NCBI RefSeq assembly: GCF_009914755.1
Contig: NC_060929.1
Length of the DNA stretch: 64,000 nt
Strand: one strand, 5' to 3'
Source of the DNA: the human T2T-CHM13v2.0 reference genome, Homo sapiens
In this document: piece after piece, positions 30,485 through 39,732 of the stretch
Layout: the number at the start of each line of letters is the position of its first letter
Numbering within the stretch: position 1 is the stretch's first letter
Position numbers and translations under genes: made by a program
The notes under the pieces: model-generated
The model's input: the letters and a program-made list of their open reading frames with translations, nothing else
Databases searched by the model: none
What the model was told of the DNA's origin: nothing

Positions 30485-31926
30485 TTTTCCTTTCTCTTTT
30501 TATTTTCTTTTCTTATTCCTTTCTTTCTTTTTTAAATACACCTTCCTGCCCTGAGCCAGGGAGCCTGGTGGTGACCCTATCTGGCCCCTTCACAGCTTCC
30601 TCTCAAGACAAGGAAGGGCTGTCTTCCTGCTCTTCTGTCTGTCTCTCCAGTGCTGACCAACAGTATTTGTGATCTCAGTGCTTAAATATTCCCAAAGGCA
30701 GGTACCTTTGCCCCCACCTTGCAGCACAGCTGCCACCCTTTGGGTCTCAGTTTCCCCCTTGTCACACCCACAAGGACAGCCTGCCTTCTGACCTCGTGAA
30801 ACCCCAACAGGCTCCCGACTCTCTGTGACCTGCGAGGCGGGAAGATCTTGCTGGGGCCAGATCGCTGAGCCTCCACCCTTCTGTGGCCCAGTGGCCTGGG
30901 CAGGAGTCTTCCACTTGGACCACATCTGCCAAGAGAAAACAACTGAGTCTGTGCTGGGGACTGCATGGCCGGGATGAGGTGACGCCCTGAGGACGCCGTG
31001 ATGCCGCTGGTGTGGGATCTGGCCCAGGGCAAGTGCAAGGCGCTCCTACTTGGGCCTGGCCCTGCGAGGCAGCCGGCCACACGTCTTCAGTTACCACCAC
31101 GCTGAGGCCTGGTCCCAGCCTGCCCTTGCCGGGCCTCAGTTTCCTCACATATGACCGGGGAAGCCCCTGCTTCCTGGGACTATGTGCCCCACAGAGGGCA
31201 GAGCTGCAGGACCCAGGGTGGCCCATTTTGCTGCAAGGTGATGTCCTCCAGCCACCTCCAGCCACTGCCTCCTTGGAGATGCAGCAAAGCAGGCTAAGGG
31301 AGAGCCCTGAGTGGTCAGTGACAGTGTGACCCAGGAAGGTCAGAACCACAGCCAAAAGGGAGCCCATGCTGCCAAGTGGCACCTGCTGGGAGGAGGGAGC
31401 CCTGTAGATCTCCCACGTGCTCCAGGAGAAGGAGAAGGTGGGCTCTGGACACAGCCCACCTCCCTCTTCGCCAGAGTGTGCCCAGGTGTCCCGGGCATGT
31501 GGGCCACTGTCACATTGGCTGACCAGGGGCCTTCAAGGCAAGATGAAACCCACCCTCCCTTCCCCATCCCTGGAGGCAACCACTGGCCTCTGGAAGGACA
31601 TATGAGTGTCTGCCCAAGAGGGGCCCATAGATGGCAGGACGGCTGCCCTGCGCCAGGAAGCACCACCCCTGCACCTCGAGCACCCACCTCTTAACAGCCC
31701 GTAAGGGCAGCTGCTCTAGGAGGGCCATTTGGATGAAGGCGATGGCCTTGGAGCTGGCATAGGACAAGCAGGGAGTGCCAGATGGAGAGGGCAGGCCCTG
31801 GTGCATGGTGAGTGCCAGGTAGGGAGACAGGCCTTGGCACATGGGGGACCTGTGCCAGCCACTGCTGCGCATAGGCCCAGGGACATTGTTGTTGGCCCTG
31901 TCAGCCTGTTGAGAGGAGGAAGATGA
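30485..31926 (-). pseudogene. ZDHHC8: Unspliced ZDHHC8-derived fragment: penultimate-exon 3' part (31926-31688), GT donor, ~1.15 kb intron-like GC-rich sequence, A-rich tail (30533-30485)
   Basis: Minus frame SSSSSQQADRANNNVPGPMRSSGWHRSP..QGLPSPSGTPCLSYASSKAIAFIQMALLEQLPLRAVKR aligns with recalled ZDHHC8 SSSSLQADQASSNAPGPRPSSGSHRSPARQGLPSPPGTPHSPSYAGPKAVAFIHTDLPEPPPSLTVQR; similarity stops at AG|GTGGGT; sharp GC contrast with the flanks. Confidence 0.85.
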
Positions 31927-31989
31927 CTTCGATGTTATCAGAGCAGGTTTGCAGGAGCTGCCAAAGCTGGCTGGACCACTAAGTAACCT

Positions 31990-33540
31990 CTAGAGCCTTA
32001 GTGTAAAAGGGGAGCTCTCAATGATAGGACAAAGAAAAATATTGGAAAAGGCTTATAGATGTTGATGGATTCTATTCTGGCATCTGCTGAAATTTGCCAT
32101 TGTGGTATATAGTCTCTTTCATGGGTGGCCCTGAAAGACGGTGATAAAGGGAAGTCCTCTCCTCCCACTGGTTAATCTGTTTTATCTGAAAAGAGAGATG
32201 ATCAGAGTTGTCTTTTCATTTATACTGATTGGCTCATGAGCAGTGGCTAATGGTAAGAAGGTCACTGATTAAATGATGAAAGGAGATTTGAAGAAATACC
32301 ATGTGAAAGAAATGTTTCAAATGAGCACAGAATATGAAGATATTTGTCTCATGTAAATGCTCACCAAGTTGTAACCTGAACAAAGATTTAGCTTAATAAT
32401 CAGGTGGACAAGATGTCTATCATGTGGACATCAGTCAGCCACCTGGATCTTGATAAATGGGCTTACAAACAAACTGGCCATGTAGGCAAGGTTAGAAACC
32501 ATGTATGGACTAGTCAAATGATTTTCTACTTACAAAGGGTGATTTGGCTGAGCTGCTGCTGAGTGCCTAATCTGCCAACAGCCAAGACCAACAATGAGCT
32601 CTTGATATGGTGCCATTCACCTGGGGTACCAGTCAGCCACCAATGGCAGACTGATTACACTGGACAATTTCCATCATAAAAGGAGCAGCCTTTGCTCTCA
32701 TTGGAATAAATATTTACTCCAGAAATGACTTGCCTTCCTTGACCACATTATTTCTGCCAAAACCATTATCTATAGTCTTATAGAATATCTTATTTCTTCT
32801 AACCATCAAACTCATATTTCAGCAATTGCAATTTGGCAATCGGCCCATGCTCATGGGATTAATTTGTCTTATCATGTTCCTTGTCACTCTATAGCAGATA
32901 ACCTGAGATAATATCGAAATACTATATCATTTTAAAAGCTCAATTATGGTGCTAAGGCTTGGAGAAAACTCTTTGAGGAGCTGGGGCTATATCCTCCATA
33001 ATAAAGTGTATTTTCTGAATTAGTGACTATTTTTATCCTACTTCTCCCATGACAAGGATTTAAGGATCTTGGAGTTAAGGACTAGACATTGCAGTGGTTT
33101 TTTGTCCTGGAACAACTTTAGACTCTGCTGGTTTGGAGCTCTGAGTTTCCAAGAAAGTAATGTTTCCATCAAGAAATATAATGTTGATTCCACTAAAATA
33201 GAAAGTGACTATTCCACTAAAATAAGAAGCACCACTTGACCAATTTGGACTACTCATGATAGTGAAGCAATATGCAAAGAAGCAGTTATTCACTGACTGG
33301 GGTAATTAACCCTAACTGCAAAAAGTATACTAGATTGCTGTTACACAACAAGGGCAGGAAGAAATATGTCTGGATTGCATAAATTATCTGGACCACCGCT
33401 TATTACTTCCATGTTTTGTGAGAAAAATTAAGAAAAAACTGAAACACCTATGAATTAAAAATGCTAATGTAGCAATCCTTTAGGGATGAAAGTTTGTGTT
33501 ACTCCACCAGGCAATGAACTGTAACCAACTAAGATGACAA
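31990..33540 (+). mobile_element. ERV-L internal (RNase H, integrase, dUTPase-like), degenerate
   Basis: Motifs HVNAHQ (catgtaaatgctcaccaa), NNQVDK, AECLICQQ, WQTDYTGQFP and WAHAHGI-like (gcccatgctcatgggatt). Confidence 0.85.
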
Positions 33541-33554
33541 TAATGAGGACTTGA

Positions 33555-33750
33555 GAAGTTTTGAGTATTTCTGAAAATGTCTTTATTTCAATTTTTGAAG
33601 AATAATTTCACTGCATATAATTTCAGTGTTCACTTTTTTTTTCATGTAGCATTTTAAAGATGCTCCATTTTCTGGTCTCTACTATTTCTGGCTAGAACTT
33701 AACTCTCCTTCATATCAACTTTCTCCTGTATGTAATGTGTTCAAATGTTA
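33555..33750 (-). mobile_element. Old L1M fragment (host of Alu/MLT2A; resumes ~34915-35120)
   Basis: ctgaaaatgtctttatttc..ttgaagaataatttcactg..cattttaaagatg. Confidence 0.55.
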
Positions 33751-33751
33751 A

Positions 33752-34132
33752 TCTCCTTCCTTCCTTCCTTCCTTCCTTCTTTCCTTCCCTTCCTTCCTTC
33801 CCTCCCTCCCTCCTTTCCTTCCTTCCTCCTTCCCTCCCTCCCTCTTTCTTTTTGTGTTTTCCTTCCTTTCCTTCCTTCCTTCTTTCCTTGCTTCCTTCCT
33901 TCCTTCTTTCCTTGCTTCCTTCCTTCCTTCTTTCCTTCCTTCCTCCCTCCTTTCCTTCCTTCTTTCCTCCCTTTCTTCCTTTTTCCTTCCTTCCTTCCTC
34001 CTTCCCTCCCTCCTTTCCCTTCCCTTCCCTTCCCTTTGCTTCCTTCCTTCCTTCCTTCCCTCCTTCCCTCCTTCCTTCCTTCCCTCCTTCCCTCCTTCCT
34101 TCCTGCCTCCCTCCCTCCCTCCCTTCCTTCCT
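33752..34132. repeat. (CCTT)n/(CTTT)n polypyrimidine microsatellite derived from an Alu tail
   Basis: ~380 bp of nearly pure C/T abutting the Alu 3' end. Confidence 0.95.
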
Positions 34133-34910
34133 TGACAGTCTCACTCTGTCACCCAGGCTGGAGTACAGTGGTGTAATCTCAGCCTCCTGGGTTCAAGCGA
34201 TTCTTGTGCCTCAGCCTCCCAAGTAAGGGGGTGTATTAGGGTTCTCTAGAGGGACAGAACTAATAAGATAGATGTATATATAAAGGGGAGTTTATTAAGG
34301 AATATTGACTCACACAATCACGAGGTGAGTTCCCACAACAGGCCGTCTGCAATCTGAGGAGCAAGGAACCAGTTCGAGTCCCAAAACCTCAAAGGCAGGG
34401 AAGCTGACAAGGCAGCTTTTGGTCTGTGGTCAAAGGTCCGAGAGTCCCAAAGCCGAAGAACTTGGAATCCGATGCTTGAGGGCAGGAAGCATCTCACACG
34501 GGAGAAAGATGTAGGCTGGAAGACTAAGCCAGTCTAGTCTTCACACGTTCTTCTGCCTGCTTTTATTCTTGCCATGTTGGCAGCTGATTAGATGATATCC
34601 TCTCAGATTGAGGGTGGGTCTGCCTTTCCCAGTTCACTGATTCAAATGTTACTCTCCTTTGGCAACATCCTCATAGACACACCCAGAAACAATGCTTTGC
34701 ATCCTTCAATCCAATCAAGTTGACATTTAACATCAACCATCACAGGGGTATTAGAGGTGTAAGTCACCATGCCTGGTTATTTTTTTTTTTTTAATTTTTT
34801 GTAGAGACAGAGTTTCATCATGCTGGTCTCAATCTCCTGGCCTCAACTGATCTGCCCGCCTACGCCTCTCAAAGTGCTGGGATTATAGCTGTGAGCCACC
34901 ACACCCAGCC
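34133..34910 (-). mobile_element. AluJb/S split by an MLT2A insertion (pieces 34133-34231 and 34745-34910)
   Basis: Alu is contiguous across the LTR: cctcccaagta..|..attagaggtgtaagtcaccatgcc. Confidence 0.88.
34232..34744 (-). mobile_element. MLT2A (A2-like) ERV-L solo LTR
   Basis: tgtattagggttctctagagggacagaac...caatccaatcaagttgaca..aaccatcaca; flanks ggggg/ggggt (5-bp TSD, 1 mismatch). Confidence 0.93.
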
Positions 34911-35519
34911 CTTTTTCTTTTTTTCTGTAGACCTCCTCAGTGGACATCTTTTCAACAATTTGACTGTGAAGATCATGAGCACATCATCTTCTTTGTATTT
35001 ATCCTGCCTGAAAAGAGCTTGGTATTATTACATATGTAAGTTTATGTTTTTTTATGAAATTTTGGGATATTCCAGCCATTATTTGTCCAGTATTTTTCTT
35101 ATTATTTGCCTATAATATTATTTGCCTTGTGCTTTAAGTCCAAAAGTTGTATATTTTAGAATCTCACTCAGAATAGTTACCTCCTTTCAAGGGTCAAAGC
35201 TTCTCAATTTTGGCTTGATTTGGGTCACACTTTAGTGTTATCAATTTTTGTCTTAAATTTTGTGTACAGTTCATAAATGTTATCTGTGTCAGGATTAGCC
35301 TAATGCAAGCTGCGCCCCCATTACCAAAATCTTTGGTTCTATTTTAAAATTCTTTTTATAATTTTTTCAGATGGAGGCATTTCTCAGTTTCTTCTAACAC
35401 ATATATTTAAAGTTATGGATATCATTCTAAGTGCTGCCTTAGCTCATGCCCATAAGCATTAATATATAATATTTGTATTAAATTAAAAGTACATTTTTAT
35501 TTCTGTCAGTATTTTCAAA

Positions 35520-37545
35520 TTGTTTTTCATTTTTAATTTTTTTGTGAGTACGTAGTAGGTGTATGTATTTATGGGGTACGTGAGATGTTTTAAAACAGGA
35601 ATGCAATGTGAAATAATCACATCATGGAGAATGGGGTATCTATCCCTGTAAGCACTTATCCTTCATGTTACAAACAGTCCAAGTACACTCTTTTAGTCAT
35701 TTTAAAATGTACAATTAAGTTATTATTGACTATAGTCACCCTGTTGTGTGATCAAATAATAAGGCTTATTCATTCTTTCTATTATTTTTTGTACCCACTA
35801 ACTATCCTCACCTTACTGTCTTTCCAGGCCCCAATACCCTTTCCAGCCTTTGTTAACCATCCTCTAGTCTCTAGGTTCATGAGCTCAATTGTTTTTATTT
35901 TTAGTTCCCACAAATAAGTAAAAACAGGAAAATTTTGTCTCTCTGTGCCTGGCTTATTTCACTTAACATAATGATCTCCAGTTCTATTAATGTTGTTGCA
36001 AATGACAGGACATCATTTTTATGGCTGAATAGTACTCCATTGTGCGTATGTACCACATTTTCTTTATCCATTCATCTGGACTGATGGATGCTTAGGTTGC
36101 TTCCAAATCTTAGCCATTGTAAACAGTGCTGCAACAAACATGGGGGTGCAGATATCTCTTTGATATACTGATTTCCTTTTTTAGGGTATGTACCCAGCAG
36201 TGGGATTGCTGTATTGCATGGTAGCTGTATTTTTAGTTTCCTGAGGAACCTCCAAACTGTTCCCCATAGTAATTGTACTAATTTACATTCCATCAACACT
36301 GTAAAAGGCTTCCCTTTTATCTACAGCCTCACCAGCATTTGTTATCGTCTGTCTTTCAGAGATAAACCATTTTAACTAGGATAAGATGATATCTCATTGT
36401 AGTTTTGATTTGCATTTCTCTGTTGATCAGTGCTGTTGAGCACGTTTTCACATACCTGTTTCCCATTTGTATGTCTTTTTTTGGGAAATGTCTATTCAAA
36501 TCTTTTGCCCATTTTGATTAGATTATTAAATTTTTTCCTGCATTAGGAGTTTGAGCTCCTTATATACTCAGGTTATTATTCATTTGTCAGATAGGTACTT
36601 GGCAAATGTTTTCTCCCATTCAGTGGGTTGTCTCTTCACTTCATTGATTGCTTCCTACACAGTACAGGTTTTTAACTTGATGTGATTCCATTTGTCCATT
36701 TTTGCTTTGATTGCCAGTGCTTATGGGGTATTGCTCAAGAAATTTTTGCCCAGACCAACTTTCTGGAAATTTTCTCCAATGTTTTCCTGTAGTAATTTCA
36801 TAGTTTGAGGTCTTAGATTAAGCCTTTAATCCATTTTGATTTGAGTTTTGTATATGGTGATTCATTATTTGAGTTTTGCATATGGTGATGCATTATTTGC
36901 ATATGGATATTTTCCCAGCACCATTTATTGAACAGACTTGTCTTCTCCTCAGGGTATGTTCTTGGCCCTTCTGTCTAAAATGAGTTCACTCTAAGTTTAT
37001 GGATTTGTTTCTGGTCTCTCTATTCTGTTCCATTGATCTATGTGTCTGTTTTTATGCCAGTAATATGTTGTTTTGGTTGCTGTTGCCCTGTAGTATAATT
37101 TGAAGTCAGGTAATGTGATCCCTCTAGTTTTGTCCTTTATGTTTAAGATAGCTTTGGACATTCTGGGTCTTTGGTGGTTCCATATAAATTTTAGGATTAT
37201 TATTTTCTATTTCTTTGAAAAATGACATTGGTATTTTGATAGAGATTGCATTGGATCTGTAGATTGGTTTGGGTAGTATGGACACTTTAACAATATTGAT
37301 TCTTCCAACCCTTGAACTTGGAACATTTTTGCATTTTTTATTGTCCTCTTCAATCTTTTTCATCAGTTTATAATTTTCATTATAGAGAATTTTGCTTCTT
37401 TGGTTAAATAAATTCCTAGCATTTTAATTTTATTTGTGGATATTATAAATGGGATTACTTTTTAAAATTTCTATTTCACATTGCTCACTGTTGCTATACA
37501 GAAATACTACTAATTATTGTATGTGGATTCTGCATCCTGCATCTG
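35520..37545 (-). mobile_element. L1MA (L1MA1-3-like) 3' portion
   Basis: 3'UTR gtacgtagtaggtgtatgtatttatggggtacgtgagatg; ORF2 peptides [13 protein letters not shown]. Confidence 0.92.
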
Positions 37546-37638
37546 CCAGTATTTTAAAACTGAATCCATGAAATAGAAGAGATTTAAAAATTTTTAAACA
37601 TACGGCAATATTTTAGTTATGATTTTGTTATTCATTTC

Positions 37639-37929
37639 TTTTTTTTTTTGAGATGAGTTTCACTGTGTTGCCCAGGCTGGAGGGCAGCGGTGCGATCTCA
37701 GTTTACTGTAATCTCTGCCTCCTGGGTTCAAGCAATTCTCATGTCTCAGCCTTTCGCGTAGCTGTGACGATAGGTGGGCGCAACCATGCCCAGCTAATTT
37801 TTGTACTTTTAGTAGAGACAGGGTTGGCCACGTTGGCCAGGCTAGTCTCAAACTCCTGACCTCAAGTGATCTGCCTACCTCAGCCTCCCAAAGTTCTGGG
37901 ATTACAGAAATAAGCCACTGCACCCAGAC
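37639..37929 (-). mobile_element. AluS/Jb
   Basis: Full antisense Alu; TSD tgttattcatttc at 37626-37638 and 37930-37942. Confidence 0.93.
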
Positions 37930-37944
37930 TGTTATTCATTTCCA

Positions 37945-38264
37945 TTTTAACTTTAGAGAACATACTCTATATGATTTCAGCTTTTTGACTGTACAGGGTC
38001 AATTTATTGTGAAATTTTTGTGTTTGTAAATAATACGTAATATGTAATTGTTCATGCAGTGTTCTAACATGTATCTACTTAGAAAAGTTTGTCAACAATG
38101 TTGCTTAAGTATTCCTTATGTACACTGATTCGTTTGTTTGCTTTTCTCCTAGATACTGAGAGCACTTTGTCAAAAGAGCCCATGATGATTGTGGATTTCA
38201 GTATTCCTCCCTGAAGGACTCTCAAATTTTGTTTTACATATTTTTAGGCTATATTATTAAGTAC
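37945..38264 (-). mobile_element. Old L1M fragment (pre-integration host of the provirus; continues from 53817)
   Basis: atgattgtggattt..tttttaggctatattattaagtac joins atataaac.. after the 3' LTR. Confidence 0.6.
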
Positions 38265-38658
38265 TGTTAAATCAAGTTTAGCCTAAAGCTGCCTCCTTAC
38301 ATATTTAAGTTTGGCCTAAAGGTTTCTCTGTACATTGTGAACTATAACAAGCGGAGGTGTAAACAGACCATAGCCTACACTTCTGCCACTAACTGATGTT
38401 TGGCCAATCAATGTAGACAAGTGTTTGGATCGTGTTCAAATAAGGCAAACACTGAGCTGTAATCAATCTGGCTGTTTCTGTACCTCATTTCCATTTTCTG
38501 TACCTCACTTCCCTTTTTCTGTCCATAAATCTTCTACCACGTGGCTGCACTGGAATCTCAGGGCATACTCTGGCTTAGGAGGCTGCACAATTCGCAAATC
38601 ATTCATTGCTCAGTTAAACTCCTTTAAATTAAATTTTGCTGAAGTTCTTCTTTCATCA
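38265..38658 (+). mobile_element. MER57 5' LTR
   Basis: tgttaaatcaagtttagcctaaagctgcctccttacata...ttaaactcctttaaatt..tcatca; homologous to 53428-53816. Confidence 0.9.
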
Positions 38659-38680
38659 GACAGCATCAGAAGTAGGATCC
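38659..38680 (+). other. Degenerate primer-binding site (tRNA-Leu-like)
   Basis: gacagcatcagaagtaggatcc right after the LTR resembles TGGTGTCAGAAGTGGGAT. Confidence 0.55.
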
Positions 38681-38837
38681 CAAGTAGAGCTTCTAATGAC
38701 CCCCAAGAGCACTGAGCAACCAAGCAAGCTACCCGCCAGGCCCACTGTGTCCCTTTCTCTCCCAGAGCAGCTGGGGAGCCTGGTATTCTCCTGGTATTTG
38801 GATTCTCTGATTCCAAAGCTCCACAGATTTGTGTTTT

Positions 38838-39158
38838 AATTTTTGCTGCGGTTATTGTTTGTTTTTTGAAATGGGATGTCACTCTGTTGCTCAGGCTGGA
38901 GGGCAGTGGTGTGATCTTTGCTCTCTGCAACTTCTGCCTCCTGGGTTCAAGCAATTCTCCTGCCTTAGCCTCTTGAATAGCTGGGATTACAGGCACCCAC
39001 CAACATGCCCGGCTTTTTTTTTTTTTTTTTTTTGTATTTTTAGTAGAGATAGGGTTTTGCCATTTTGGCCAGGCTAGTCTTGAACTCCTGACCTCAAGTG
39101 ATTTGCCCGCCTCAGTCTTCCAAAGTGCTGGGATTACAGGCATGAGTCACCATGGGCC
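38838..39158 (-). mobile_element. AluS in the provirus leader
   Basis: TSD agatttgtgtttt at 38825-38837 and 39159-39171. Confidence 0.92.
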
Positions 39159-39645
39159 AGATTTGTGTTTTGATCCAAGTTTCCTTGAACAAATTTCTGA
39201 TCCAAACTGGGTTTGGAAGTCATGACAGAAACTGGACTGGGTCCAGGATCTGATTGGCTCCAGTAATTAACTGGCTTGGATCCAGTTAGAGGCCTCTTAC
39301 ATCTGAGTGAGTCAGAAAGAAACTGGTTGTAAATGGCAATGGAAATTCGCAGAGATTTTTGTGTTCTAACCTCTTGTTTTCATTTTTACTGTGTGCTCAG
39401 GCAGGAAAAATATCACTGTGTGAGGTGATCAAGGTAACCTGAGAGTAAAGCCAATATTTGAGGTAAAAATGGGATCCTTAATTTCTGAAGAAATGAGTTC
39501 CTTCTGGCTTAAACATGCATAAGTATTCGGCCCAGGAAGCAATGAAGTCTTACAGAAATGGCAAAATCTTACTAAAGATAACTTACAGTGGAACATTCCA
39601 AATGAACAGCACTGCACTGAAGTGTATTTGAAAATAAGGGCTCCC

Positions 39646-39732
39646 CAAGATTGTGCCACTGTACTCCAGCCTGGGCAAGAGAGCGAGACTCTAAGAAAAA
39701 AAAAAAAAACCCGCAAACAAAAAACAGAAAAG
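39646..39732 (+). mobile_element. Severely 5'-truncated Alu (~45 bp plus tail)
   Basis: caagattgtgccactgtactccagcctgggcaagagagcgagactct plus A tail; TSD gaaaa(t/g)a(a/c)gggctccc. Confidence 0.85.

Noticed and set aside
30590-31694. ORFs up to 206 aa on both strands in the GC-rich island
   Set aside because: No recognisable protein and mutually overlapping; expected from GC-rich intron-like sequence. Only 31926-31688 matches a known protein.
30428-31941. atgttatcag present on both sides of the ZDHHC8 fragment as a possible TSD
   Set aside because: The left copy lies ~50 bp outside the tail, within ERV-L-like sequence; the geometry does not fit a TSD.
33710-34226. Long ORFs of 93-163 aa rich in K/E/G/R or L/P/S/F
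   Set aside because: Translations of the (CCTT)n microsatellite, which lacks stop codons; not genes.
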